A stretch of 64,000 nt of DNA from Mobula hypostoma (taxonomy: Eukaryota): the NCBI RefSeq assembly GCF_963921235.1, contig NC_086097.1:29080001-29144000 (forward strand), given 5' to 3'. Within the stretch, counting starts at the first letter, position 1, and every line of letters starts with the position of its first letter. Below the pieces are notes generated by a model. The model worked only from the letters and a program-made list of their open reading frames with translations, was not told where the DNA came from and made no database searches. Made by a program: the position numbers and the translations under genes. This document shows positions 26,131-39,600 of the stretch, piece after piece.

Positions 26131-26474
26131 GGGTTCACATTTTACTGCCTTATTTTCTAAATTTAAAATATATTGAAGTAGGATTTTTCAAGCAAATCTA
26201 CAAAACATGATGCATCATGTCAAAAAAAATTCCAAAACCTGTCAACAATTTACTAAAAAATTTAAAACCAGAATTATGAGGCTAAAAAAAGTATCATCCA
26301 CTTTGTAATTACTACACTAACTTTCCTCAGGTGCAATATACTATTATCTTACCAACTCACTCAATTTGTTGATGTCGAAAATTGGAGGATCACCTTTTTT
26401 AAATGAATTCATAAGAATAAATATCCCTCTCTCTGTGTAAGGTCCGACAGTATGGTTCAACAGACTAAACTAAA

Positions 26475-28270
26475 ATGAAGACGAGTCAGGGAAATGAGAG
26501 TAGAGAAGCACAAATCTGGGGAAGGGTTCATCTCAACGGCACTGAACATACATTGGAGCTCAGTGCAGTCCATCATGAAAAAGTGAAAGGAAATGAAGCC
26601 ACAGCCACACTGTTTGGATCAGGCTGCCTGTCTAAACTTAGTCACTGGAGAAGAATGGCACTCGTGAGGGAGGCCACTGTGATGCCAAGTCACTCTGAGT
26701 GACCTGCAGAAGCTAGTGGCTGCAACTGGAGATGAGTCCATGGCTCCAGAATCTCTCAGGCCTTTCACAAAAAATGTACTTCAAAGTTAAAAGTTCAAAG
26801 TAAACTTACTATCAATGTACATATATGTCACCAAATACAACCCTGAGATTATTTTGCAGGCATACACAATAAATCCATAATAGAGTAATAACGATAATAG
26901 AATCAGTGAAAGACCACACCAACTCTGGTGTTGAACCAGTGTGTAAAAGACACAAACCGTGCAAAAACATAAAGAAAGAAAAATAGTAATAAATAAATAA
27001 ATATTGAGAGCATGCAATGAAGATTTCTTGGAAGTGAATCCGTAGGTTGTGGGAACAGTTCAGTGAAGTTATCCCCTTTGGTTCAAGAGCCTGCTGGTTG
27101 AGGGTAATAACTATTCCTGAATCTGGTGGTGTGAGTCCTGAGGCTCAAGTACCTTCCTCCCGATGGCAGCAGTGAGAAGAGAGCATGTCTGGGGAGGTGG
27201 GGGTCCCTGATGATGGATGCTGCTTTCCTGCAACTACACTTCATGTAGATGTGCTCAGTGGTTGAGAGGGCTTTGCCTGTGATGGACTGGGCTGTATCCT
27301 CTACTTTTTGTAGGATTTTCCATTCAGGAGTATTGGTATTTCCATACCAGGCTGTGATCCGGGCAGTCAATAAATATCTCCACCACACCTCCATAGAAAT
27401 TTGTCAAGATTTTAGCTGTCATGCTGACTCGTAAGGAAGTAGAGGCACTACCGTGCTTTCTTCATAATTGCACTTAAATGCTGGACAGGTCTTCCAAAAT
27501 GATAACACACGGGAATTTAAGGTTTCTGACCCTCTCCACCTCTGATCCTCTGATTGAGGACTGGCTCATGGACTTCTGGTTTCCTCCTCTTGTGGGACAG
27601 TGGCAAGGAAGAACCCTGGCTAAAGGAAAAGCATATCCTTGCCCATAGAGGCTTTGCAAAACGGCACTTAGAAGATACTGTAAAGATGTTGAAGAAGGTC
27701 TTGTGGTTGGATGAGACCAAGGTAGAACTTCTTGGTCTCAACACTAGCAACATATGTGGTGCAAATCTAATACTGCACACCTGCCAGTTAACACCATCCC
27801 CACTGTAAAGTATGGCGGAGGTAGCATCATGCTGTGGAGATGCTTTTCAGCAAAAGGTACTGGAAGTCTGGTCAGGATTGATGGGAAGATGACTGCTACT
27901 AAATACAGACAGATCCTAGATAAAAATCTGCTAGCCTCTGCCAGAAAACTTAAACTGGTGAGGAAATTTGTCTTTCAGCAGGATAACGACCTAAAACACA
28001 CTGCCAGAGCAACCATGGAATAGCTTCAAATGAAGAAAATCGATGTCCTTGAGTGGCCTAGTCAGACTCTTGACCTTCACCCGATTGAACATCTCTGGCA
28101 AGACCTCAAGATTGCTGTGCACCACCACTCCCCAACTAACCTGGCGCAGTTTGACTAATTTTGCAAGGAGGAATGGGCAAATCTTGCTGCATCACATTGT
28201 GCAGAGCTGAAAGAGACTCATCCATAAAGTCTACTTGCTGTAATATCTGTCAGAGGTGGTTCAACTAAGC
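26475..28270 (+). pseudogene. Tc1 transposase pseudogene (split by a LINE insertion)
   Basis: Fragments [77 protein letters not shown] match Tc1 DD34E motifs. There are frameshifts and in-frame stops (e.g. TAG at 28021). Confidence 0.88.
26780..27590 (-). mobile_element. Rex1/Babar-type LINE 3' fragment nested in Tc1
   Basis: ITAWYGN...RKAASIIRDPHLPRHALFSLLPSGGRYLSLRTHTTRFRNSYYP; it splits the transposase. Confidence 0.78.
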
Positions 28271-28614
28271 ACTGGGCAAAGGGGGACGAACACTTTTGAA
28301 GTGCAAACATTCCAGTTTTTGAATTTTTTAGTTTTTCATGCTTTACAAATTTCCCTGTTTTTTTGGGCTCTACTGTGTAAAAAAAGGAACATGTGATTCA
28401 CAAGTAAAAATTGTCAGTTAAATTGATCAAAACCCCTGGTTGTAGTACTCATTTATGTGAACAAAGGGTTGGGGGTTGAATACTTTTACAATGCACTGTA
28501 ACTGTTACAGAAATCACAGTTAATGGGATCCTTGCTTCGAACAGTGGATAAACTGGACCCACTGGATAAATGACATTAACAGGGACATGTGTTCAAAGGG
28601 TTACAGCACCTTAT

Positions 28615-28838
28615 AAACACAAGAGATTCTGCAGATGCTGGAAAACTTGAGCAACCCACACAAAATGCTGGAGAAACTCATCAGGTCAGGTAGCACCTAT
28701 GGAGGGAATAAATGTTGATGATTTGGGCTGACAAGCTTCAGTCCTGATGAAGGGTCTCAGCCCAAAACATTGACTGTTTATTCTCTCCATAGACGCTGCC
28801 TGACCTGCTGAGTTCCTCCAGTATTTTGGGTGTGTTGG
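28615..28838. mobile_element. older palindromic Penelope-derived element
   Basis: Arms at about 28652-28731 and 28757-28837 are diverged reverse complements around a decayed CTGATGA hammerhead core. Confidence 0.7.
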
Positions 28839-29083
28839 TTACAGCAGCTTCATGATCACACTTACAATGGGCAGACCTACAGCTCTAAAAGCATATTGAT
28901 GTCCTTACTTCCTCAAGGAAATTTGGCATGTCCAAGGATAATTCTCACTGATTTTTACGGATACATCACAGAGAGTATTCTGTTCCGATGCTTCACAGCT
29001 TGGTGTGCAGCTGCTCTGCAAGAAACTGCAGAGAGTTGTGGACACAACTCAGCACGTCACGGAAACCAGCCTCTTCTCCGTGG

Positions 29084-29524
29084 AACACACACAAAAAATG
29101 CTGGTGGAACGCAGCAGGCCAGGCAGCATCTCTAGGAAGAGGTACAGTCGACGTTTCGGGCTGAGACCCTTCGTCAGGACTAACTGAAAGAAGAGATGGT
29201 AAGAGATTTGAAAGTGGGAGGGGGAGGGGGAGATCTGAAATGATAGGAGAAGACAGGAGGGGGAGGGATGGAGCCAAGAGCTGGAAAGTTGATTGGCAAA
29301 AGGGATACGAGGCTGAAGAAGGGAGAGGATCATGGGACAGGAGGCCTAAGGGAGAAAGAAAGGGGGAGGGGGGGAAAACCTAGAGGATGGGCAAGGAGTT
29401 ATAGTTAGAGGGACAGAGGGAGAAAAAAGAAAGAAAAAGAAGGGAAAGAAAAATAATTAAATAAGGGATGGGGTACGAAGGGGAGGTGGGGCATTAACGG
29501 AAGTTAGAGAAGTCAATGTTCATG
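29084..29524 (-). mobile_element. Penelope-like 3' fragment
   Basis: Highly similar to 6360-6790 and ends in ATGAACATTGACTTCTCTAACTTCCGTTAA (MNIDFSNFR*). It interrupts a Rex1/Babar-like LINE fragment. Confidence 0.82.
29146..29181 (-). ncRNA. minimal hammerhead ribozyme motif, sense to gsc intron 2
   Basis: Minus strand AGTC-CTGACGA-A-GGGT(CTCA)GCCC-GAAA-CG-TC-GACT; core intact. Confidence 0.7.
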
Positions 29525-31504
29525 ACTCTGTCTATACTTCTCACTGCCTCAGAAAAACAGCCAGCCTAATCAAAGACCCCAGACACCCCAGTCATTCTCT
29601 CTTCTCCCCTCTCCCATCGTGCAGAAGCTACAAAAACCTGAAAGCATGTCCCACCAGGCTCAAAGACAGCTCATATCCTGCCGTTATCAGACTTTTGAAC
29701 GGACCTCTCATACGCTAAAGGATGAATTTTTGATCTTCCAGCCCACCTCAACATGACCCTTGCACTCTATTTGTCTTCTTGTACTGAACTTCACTGTAAC
29801 CACAACACTATAGTCTGCATTACGCATTCTTTTCACCGCAACGATGTAATTGTGATTTCAACACTTACCAGAAATTTGAATATGCACATGGATGGGAGGG
29901 GTGTGGAAGGGGTTGGGGTGCAGGTTGATCGGACTAGGCAGAGTAATCGTTCAGCATGGACTAGAATGGGCAAAGTGCCTGTTGCTGTGGTATAATGTTC
30001 TATGATTGTGTATGGAATGATCTCTATGGATGGCAGCAGGCAAGACAAAAACTTTTCAGTATCTCGGTACATGTGACAATAATAAACCGACCCTAATGCG
30101 TATCAGAACCACTGTTCTTTAAACGTCAGTGGTCTAAGGTGAGAGGGGCGAGCTTTAATAGGAAACTGAGGGTGTTCAATATATTGTCCAAGCTGCCAGA
30201 GGAAGTGGTTGGGGCAGCCACATTAACAACACTGTAAAGTTACTTGGACAGGTACGTGGATGGGAAAGGTTTAGAGCAGTGGTTCCCTATCTTTTTTTAT
30301 ACCATGGACCCCTACCATTAACCAAAGGGTCCGTGCACCCCAGGTTGGGAACCTTTGGTTCAGAGGGACATGGACAAATGGGATTGGCTTAGATGGGAAT
30401 ATTATTGGCAAGGACCAGTTGGGCAGAAGGCCTAATTCCATGCTGTATACCTCTAAACCTCTATGACTATCCTTGGCTGGACCTACCACTCTCTGTGTAA
30501 AAATAATTGTCTTCTAAATCTCCTTTAAACTTTCCCTTTCTCATCTTAAACCTACATCCTCTATTATTTGACATTACCACCCTGGGAAAAAGACGCTAAA
30601 CTCCCCTCCCTGTCTTTCTCTTTCATAGCTTACCAAACCTCTCCCTAATCGAATCTACACTAACTGTTTAAACAATTCAAAGCTCCACTTTGAATCACTC
30701 TCCTGGTAAAGTATTTTTATCCAAATACCCCACTGAATTTATTAGTCTCTGTTCTAAATTTATGACAAATATTTCCAACTTGTTTCCACCCAGCCTGCAG
30801 ACAGATCTGGTCAGTCCAATTCCGGGAAGGATATGGAGAATTTGGAGATGGTGCTGAAGGGTTCACCAGGATGCTTATTGGATTTGAAAGGGTGTGAGGT
30901 TGGATAAACTTTGCTTGTTTTCTCTGGAACATTGGAGAGACATAGAAACATAGAAACATAGAAAATAGGTGCAGGAGTAGGCCATTCGGCCCTTCGAGCC
31001 TGCACCGCCATTTATTATGATCATGGCTGATCATCCAACTCAGAACCCAGCCTTCCCTCCATACCCCCTGACCCCTGTAGCCACAAGGGCCATATCTAAC
31101 TTCCTTTTAAACATAGCTAATGAACTGGCCTCAACAGTTTGCTGTGGCAGAGAATTCCACAGAGACCTGACAGAAGTTTCTAAGAGGCGTAGGTGGACAG
31201 TCAGATTCTGTCTCCTGGGGTAGAACTGTCGTACTAGAGGGCATGCATTTTTGGTGAGAAGGAGTAAATTTAAAGAAGATGTGCAGGACAAGTTTTCTGT
31301 GCAGCAAGAGGTTGGTTCCAGGAATGAGCTGCCGGAGGAAAAGTAGATAAAGAGTGTTAGACAGATGCACGAACATGCAGGAAATGGAGGATATGGATCA
31401 TGTGCAGGCAGAAGAGATTTGGTTTAATTCGGCATTGTGTTCAGCACGACATTGTGGTCCGAAGGGCCTGGTCTTGTGATGTACTGTCCTATGTTCTACG
31501 TGAC

Positions 31505-31825
31505 GGCGGCCATGGTGGTGTTGCAGTTTAACACAACATTTCCCAGCTCCAATAATCACCGTTCAGAGTTCAATTCCCTCTGCTGTCTGTAAGGAGTTTC
31601 TACATTCTCCCTGTGACAGCGGAGTTTCCTCCAAGTGCTCTGGTTTCCTCCTACATTCCAAAGGTGTACAGGTCAGGATTAGTGAGTTGTGGACGTGCTG
31701 TGTTGGTGCTGGAAGCATGGTGACTCTTGTGGGCTGCCCCCAGCACAGCATCAGACTCTGTTGCTTGTTAACACAAACAATCCATTTCACTGTATATTCC
31801 CATGTACGTGTGACAAATAAAGGTC
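31505..31825 (+). mobile_element. tRNA-derived V-domain SINE
   Basis: GTGCTCTGGTTTCCTCCTACATTCCAAAG central domain. Related copies at about 32720-32940, 35290-35470(-), 38335-38545, 39600-39790(-), 40030-40230 and 45560-45820(-). Confidence 0.7.
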
Positions 31826-34800
31826 ATCTTTAATTATTTTATGTTCAGGGAGGACCTTGACCAACCCCTGTCGTGGCTGAGACTTGCAACCAATGTAGTC
31901 TTATTGCTGTGTCCAATGGGGATCAGTGGGAGATGGCTTCAAAGCAGAAAGGTGGCACTTGGACTCCTGATCTTAAGACCTGAGTTTAATTCCACTCAGG
32001 GGAATTGTGAAATTTTAATTCCGTTAATAAACTGGAATTTGGGTGGAGGAAAGTGAGAATTAAATGCAGCAATTTGTTCCCAAAAATGATCAAATTGTCG
32101 TAAGAACCCATATGGCTAAATATTCAGCTACTGAATTAACTCACAGTGTCAATGAGTTATACAGCATGAAAACAGGCCCTTCGGCCCATCTCACCATGGT
32201 GACCAAGTTGCCTACCTGAACTACTCCCATCTGCTTCCATGTGGCCCATATCCCTCTAGACCTGGCTTCCCAACCTGGCATCCACAGACCCCTCGGTTAA
32301 TGGTAGAGGTCCATGGCATAAAAAGGCTGAGAATCCCCTGCTCTAAACCTTTCCTATCCCATGTACATGCCCCAGGAAAAGAGAACCAAAAACTGGAGGG
32401 CATAGGCTTAAGGTGAGAGGGGAGAGATTTAAAGGGAACCCGAGGGGCCAATTCTTGACATAGGCGGTGGTGAGTATATGGATCGAGCTGCCAGAAGAAG
32501 TGGTTGTGGCAGGAAAATAAGCACATTTAGATCGTAAAGACCATAGATCACAAGAGTCATAGATCATATTGATTTTAGATTAGGTTAAAAGGTCAGCACA
32601 ACAATGTGGGCCGAAGGGCCTGTACTGTGCTGTACTTTTCTGTTCTCACGTATATCGGGGTACAGTGAAAACCTTGCCTTGTATACCAGCAGAACAGAAT
32701 AATTGACTGTTATGGTGCATTGGGTTGGGTGGCACTGTAGCAAGGAGGTTAGCGTAATGCCGTTACAGTGCCAGCGGATTTCAATCCCGACACTCTCTGT
32801 AAGGAGTGAGTTTCCACCAGCTGCTCCGATCTCCTCTCACATTCCAAAGACGCACTGCTCTGGTAGATTAGCTGATCACACGGGTACAACTGGGTGGCAC
32901 AGTCCCATTGGGCAGCCTGTTACCAAGCTGTCTCTCTAAATACATAAAATTTAAATACAGAAATAGTATCAGGTAAAACAATAACAGCATAAAGCAGACA
33001 TGCAGTGGCTTGAAGTGGCTCACCACATCTTTATTTCTCAGTAGAGAATTGCCAATTCCAGTGGAGACTCAAAGGGACCTTTGGGATCCACATCCATAGA
33101 TCTTTCAAAGTTGCCGTGCAAGTTGACAGGGTGGTTAAAAAGGTGTGTGGTGTTTAGGCATTCAATAGTTGGAAGATTGAGTACAAGAGCCGTGAGGTAA
33201 CGTTGCAGCTCCACAAAGCTCTGGTTAGACCACTCTTGGAGTATTGTGTTCAGTTCTGGTCACCTCATTATAGGAAGGATGTGAAAGATTTAGAGAGGGT
33301 ACAGAGATTTGCCAGGATTTTGCCTGGATTAGAGAGCATGTTTTATGAAGAGCTAGGGATTTTCAAGAGTGTCAGGGGGCAGAAGTGAGTGTTGGTGCTA
33401 TTACTAAGAAGAAGGTGCTTAGGAGGTTGAAAGGTTTGAAACTAGATAGTCACGTGGACCAGATGGACTATACCCTAGGGTTCTGAAAGAGGTAGCTGAA
33501 GAAATTGTGGCGGCATTGGTAATGATCTTTAATGAATCAGTAGATTCTGGAATTGCTCAGGAGGACTGGAAAATTGCAAACGTTTCTTCACTCTTTAAAA
33601 AAGTGTTACAAGGCTTACTTTGTAATAATGATCAGTTAGGTAAAGAGAGAATCTGTAATTACAGACAAGTACCTTTATTAACTCAGTTCACAACCACGTG
33701 AATTGACACAACTGAATACCTGAGTATACATCTACTGAGTTTCTCTGACCCTCTATGAACAGTCAAAGAATAGAAAAGGTAATACCCAGAAAAGGAGTCT
33801 GTGTTGGGCATGTGTTCCTCATGGTCCTGATCCAATCTCCATATGTCTGTGGGGTACTTCAAACTGCGATGGTTAGTCTCTGGAGAGTTGTCACTTCTTT
33901 GCATTCAAAGCCTCTGCTTTTATTATCCTTACCAGTTCAAATGTCACATTTCAGTCTCGCTGGCTGTGGGTCAGCTATACCACCCTCTTACTGGCGTGGG
34001 TCCAAGTCAGCATCCATTTATTGCCCTCTTCCACAAGTGACAACTGATAACTCTTGCTCTTTGTTCTAAGTCAGTTAGCAAACCAGTAACCAGCTCAAAT
34101 CACTCAGGAAAGACACAGGCCCCACCATTCACAAACCCGCATGTTATATCATATCAAAGAACACCTCACAAATAACCTCTTATTTGGAAATTATCTCTAG
34201 TCCAGCAGGTTACCCGGAGCATCATTGTCTCTACTTTAAACACTGATTCAGCCAAGCAAAGCCAGTTCACAAAATGGAGGATGCAGAGCAGCTTTACAAA
34301 ATGGCAGCCTCCATTCCTTCAGCCTCATGGCAAGGACAAAGACTGTTGGTATGTTTACTTCCACTGTTCTTGATTAATTAAAATTCACTAATTTGTAGAC
34401 TGTAGTTCTTTTTGGCCAAAATAGGGAAGGAGGCAACTTCAGCAAATGCTCCAAGCACAGGGAGCAATGATAGTCATTAGAATCAGAATCAGGTTTATTA
34501 TCACTGACATATCTCGTGAAATTTGTTGTTCTGCAGCAGTAGTACAGTGCAATATTTAAAAATTACTATATGAGTTACAATAAGAAATATAATAAACAAA
34601 TTAATGGGGCAAAAAGAGAAACAAAATGGTAAGGTAACATTCATAAGTTCATGACCATTCAGAAATCTGAATGTAGAGGAGAACATTGAGTGTAAAGGCT
34701 CTTGTAGCTCCTCCCTAATGGTAATAATGAGAAAAGGGCATGTCCTGGATGGTGAAGATACTTCATGATGGATGCTGCCTTCCTGAGGCCACACCTTTTG

Positions 34801-35564
34801 AAGATGTCCTCAATGGTGGGGAGGCTAGTGCCTTCTTCAGAGAAAGGAGCGAGGAAAGTAGACTAAGTGTAGAAGTATTTGAGCCAGACAAACATTGGCG
34901 GACAACAATACACGTACAGGTTCACCACAGGTGGTGAATGTCTTTACCAGTTGTAGGCTATATAGGGATGTCAGAAGGGGCAAGATTAAACCTATTTCCC
35001 AGGTGAGATGAGATTATTTCCTTGCACAGTTCATTTGAAAGAAAAGTAAATTTATTTTTCATAAACAAATCAATCTGAGCACACAGAATTCCAGAGTTAA
35101 GGAGGCTCTGTGAGAGAGGAGGGGTCTTTACAAACAAATTCAAATTGTTATCTTACTAAGAGGATTTAAACTTTACACATAGACTTCAGACTGATGGAAA
35201 GAGACCTAGGCAGCCTGTCATAATATTTAATTTGATTTATTTATATTATTTTTATTTAGAGATGCAGCATATTAACAAGGTTGAGCTGTCCAACTGCTCC
35301 CATGTGACCAATTAACCTACTAACCTACACGTCTTTGGAATGTGGGAGGAAACCAGAGCACCCAGAGGAAACCTACATGGTCACGGATAGAACGTATAAA
35401 CTCCTTACAGACAGCAGTGGGGATTGAAAGTGTGTTGCTGGTGCTGTAAAGTTTTGCTCAACGCTATGCTACAGTGCCACCCCTGATCATGTTGAGCACG
35501 CCACCCCCCCCCCCCGGGATGTGTGCTCACCCCACTGCTGTTCCCGCTGTTGACTCACAACTGC

Positions 35565-36090
35565 ACTGCGTCAAGTTCACTGACAATACAACAGTGCTTG
35601 GCCTCATCAGCAACAATGATCGGTTGGCGTACAGGGAGGAGGTAGAGAGGCTGGTCAAATGGTGTGAGGACAACAACCTGAGTCTCAGTGTGGACAAGAC
35701 GAAAGAGATGATTGTGGACTTCAGGAAGATGCAGGTCGACCGCTGTCCATTGCAGGTCGATGGCTCTGCCATAGGGAGAGTGAAGATCACAAAATTCCTT
35801 GGTATGCACGTAAAGGACTGACAACATCTCCTCACTAGTCAAGAAGGCACAGCAGCGACTACACTTTCAGAGGAGACTGAAGTGTGCAAGGTTCCCCTGA
35901 GAGGATCACTGGGGTCTCCCTTCCCCCTGTTTGTGACATTTACTGGGACTTGCAGATGAAGAGCTCACGGTATTGTTGAGAATCCCTACCACCCATCCCA
36001 CAATCTCTTTGACCCACTACCATCAGGAAGGAGGTACAGAAACATCGGGACTAAGACTGCTTCTTCCCTCAGGCTGTCAGACTAATGAAT
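35565..36090 (+). mobile_element. Rex1/Babar-type LINE RT fragment
   Basis: VKFTDNTTVLGLISNNDRLAYREEVERLVKWCEDNNLSLSVDKTKEMIVDFRK. Confidence 0.78.
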
Positions 36091-36309
36091 ACCCTGTTGC
36101 CACTGAGGTCTCGTCACCAGTGCAGGAAGCTGTTGACTGTACACATGGTTTTTTACTGTCATATGTAACAAGGTACAGTGAAATACTTTGCATTGCGGGC
36201 CATCCATTTCGATCACTCCAACATAAGTATATCAAGGTAGTACAAAGGGAAAAGCAACAACAGAATGCAGAATTATGAGGGGGTACAGATAGGGTCAGGG
36301 TGGGGGGGT

Positions 36310-36662
36310 GAAGATCTGTCTCTACCAAAGGAGTTGTAAGGTGCTCCTTCCCTCCACTAACCTTGGACAAGGTGTAAAACCTGCTTAACCCCCAATCAAG
36401 GTCACGTGAAGCTATTAGAGCAGACGGTGGATGGTTGTATGAGCAGCCAGTGCAAATCACAGGTCCTGATTACGTGACCGCTGACACCAGGCAGACAGTC
36501 TCTGAAGAGTATTGATAATGGCTGGGGTCACCCGTCTTGTAAAGACACTGCCCAGAAGAAGGCAATGGCAAACCACTTCTGTAGAAAAATTTGCCAAGGA
36601 CGACTATGGTGAAAACCTTGACCGCCCATGTCATATGACACGGCTAGTAATGAATGAATGAA
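36310..36662 (+). mobile_element. RTE-associated SINE-like element
   Basis: AGAAGGCAATGGCAAACCACTTCTG motif and a (TGAA)n tail. Confidence 0.5.
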
Positions 36663-39600
36663 AAGGTATGGTAAATGAAGCTGGCTTTTTCCCCTCAGAC
36701 CCAGTGAAACCACACTAGAAGTCATAGGTTTGGGTGAAAGGTGAGATGTTAAAGGGGACCCTGAGGGGGAACTTCACTCAGAGGGCAGTGTGAGTGTGGA
36801 ACAAGGGTTCTGAATGAGGGTTCAATATTAATATTTCAGAGAAATTTGGGGAGGTACATGGATGGGAGGGATATGGACGGATATGGTCTGGATGCAGATA
36901 GATGGGACTAGACAGAAGGCCAAGCCAGCCAAAGGGCCTGTTTCTGTGCTGTGGTACTCTATGACTTTAATAAAGTGTTACAGTTACAGGAAGAGTGCAG
37001 TGCAGGCAGACTGTATGGTGCAAGGGCCACAGTGAGGTAGATTAATCAATCATCTTAATTGTAGGAGCCTTATAACAATGAGATTGAAGCTGTCCTGGTG
37101 GTATATGTTACAAGTTTTTGTATTTTCTGCCCAGTGGGAGAGGGGAGAAGAGAGAATGCCTGGGTGGGTGGGTCTTTGATGATGCTGGCTGTTTTACCGA
37201 GGCTGCAGAGCCCACAGAGGGGAGGCTGCTTTCTGTGGTGTGTGGCGTCGTGTCCCAACTCTACAGTTTCTGGTGGTCATGGGTGGATCTGTGAAAACTG
37301 GTGAGGATCAACAGAGAATATGTCGAGCCTTCTGAGGACGTGGAGGCACTGGTGAGGTCTCTTGGCAGTGGCGTCAATGTGGTCAAGCAAGAAAGCACAT
37401 CAGAGCCTCTGCTTCCTCCAGAGCTCAAGTAAGTTCAACCCATCGACCCCCGCAGAGATCCTGTTTGTCTGTGAGTTATTTGTGTGTGTAGTAGGAACCG
37501 TGTCCTGGCATTGTGTGGATGTAAATGGACTGTGGTGCCTAGCCGTCCCAACAATCCTCAGTCACTCATCCATCACTGCTGCTTGAGCCAGGGATTGCCA
37601 TTCCAACAAAATCCTGATCTCCTCCCCCTGCCTTCTTATTCTGGTTTCTGCTCCCTTTCTCTGAGTTCCTCCAGCGTTTTGTGTGTGTTGCTCAAGATTT
37701 CCTGCATCTGCAGAACTTCTGGTGTCCAGGTTTTCCAAGTCCCTCTGTGGCCAAGGGACTATTGCAGAGAAGACAGATTTTCTCTCCAGGGTCCAATTCT
37801 AGTTCGGTCGGCAAATCATCTGTTCACTGTTAACATACAGTACAAATGGACTGCCTAGTTCCTGTATCACACTGGTGACTACAACTTAGGAGACCTTCAA
37901 ATATTGAATGAGGGAGATGCTGGCCCACATACAATATAGTTAACTTTCATGAACCAAATACTCCCGGTTATTTTTGAACTGGTCCCAAATTCTGATCACA
38001 TCTAGTTGTATGTCAAAAATATTCCTGGGATTATTAATTACTCCACTGTACAGGAGCTGCCTGAGAACAATCTGTGCATAGTATTTGACAGCACATAAAA
38101 ATAATGTCCAGGCTAACCCCTTGAGTTACTGCTTGTCTCTTGTCTCACACAACACTCAAGATGCAGCTCACTAAAACATCTGGAAGACCTGAATCAAAAA
38201 AAGGAGGAATGGAACTGATTTGGAGTTGAGTCTCAGTCCCATTTCATCTCTGAAGTACAACAGTATTTGTTCCATAAGCAAGTTTGGCTGGACGGTTTAT
38301 GCACAGGCTGTCATGTAGATTAATAAAGGATGGCAAGGCAGCACAGTGCTAACAGTGTCAGCGATTGGGTTTCAATTCCTGCCCTTGTCTCTAAGGAGTG
38401 TGTATGTTCTGCGTGGGTTTGCTCCTGGTGCTCCAGTTTCTTCCCACATTCCAAAGACGTACGGGTTGGGGTTAGTGAGTTGTGAGCATGCTGTGTTGGC
38501 ACCGGAAGCATGGCTGCACTCGCAGTCTGCCTCCAGCGCATTCTCGAGCTGGGTGAGGGGGAAGGTGGGTGCTGGTGGAGGAGAGGTGAGTTAAGAAAAT
38601 GCTGCATTGCCTTCTCCTGTTGGATTCCTTCTTCTTCAGCTCTTTACCTCTTCCACTTACCACCTTCCAGCTTCTTACTTCAAACCCCTCCCCAACCCAC
38701 CCACCTTTCCCCCTCACCTGGTCTCACCTATCACCTGCCAGCTTGTACTCCTTCCCCTTCCTCCCCCACCTTCTCATTCTGGCTTCTGCCCCCTTCCTTT
38801 CCGGTCCTGATGAAGGGTCTCAGCCCAAAGCATTGTCTGTTCAATTCCCTCCATAGATGCCGAGTTCCTACAGGGCTTTGCAGGTGGATATTAGTATTGG
38901 TATTATTATAGTGAAAAGCTTGTCCTGCAAACTGTTCCTACAGATCAAATCATTACCTTGCATTGAGGTAGAACGAGGTAAAACAATAACAAATGCAAAA
39001 TAAAGTGTAACAGTTCCAGAGAAAAGTGCAGTTCAGGTAAGCAACAAGGTGCAAGATCTTATCGAGGTGAATAGTGAGATCAAGAGTCAACATTATCGTA
39101 CTAGATCACAGGATCATCACCAGTACAGACTATTTTACAGTTACACTGTCACAGAGAAATTCAAGACAGATACAGTCCCTCCACCCCAACAACTCTATGA
39201 TGACTTTTTCTCTAAAGTGTTAACAAAGTATGGCTTTTAACCTTCCTGACTCTATCCAGTAGTCCGTTCCATGAGATGGTGCCCCTTTATATGGAGTAGA
39301 GATTATTGAGCTAGGTCTCGAATTTTTGACATTTTTAGTTTGATATCATCTTTCAGTTGCCCCTTTCTGAGGCTGAAGAGGTGAATGTTCTCTAATGCAC
39401 CCTTACAGCCCGGACTTCTAAACCACAGCACAGCCCGTGGTGTCCGAATGATTCTCTTGCGTACTGGGAAAAGAGAGTTGAGCACTGGGCTGGAACAGAG
39501 CATGCCCACGAGTTTGGAATGATTTATTGTTTGTAGTTCTGGCCGCCCCATTACAGAGAAGCTGGAGAGGGTGCAGGAGCTTCCCCTCCCAGAAGTATTC

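Larger units (their letters stand above)
25797..28498 (+). mobile_element. Tc1-family DNA transposon, full extent, decayed, with nested retroelement insertions
   Basis: TA-flanked 28-bp TIRs: CAGTACCCTGAAAAAATATTCAGCCCCC (25797-25824) and the reverse complement of 28471-28498, CAGTGCATTGTAAAAGTATTCAACCCCC (22/28 identical). Internal transposase remnants are present. Confidence 0.88.

Noticed and set aside
33604..34350. Possible solo LTR beginning TGTTACA
   Set aside because: No matching terminus or target site duplication could be identified.
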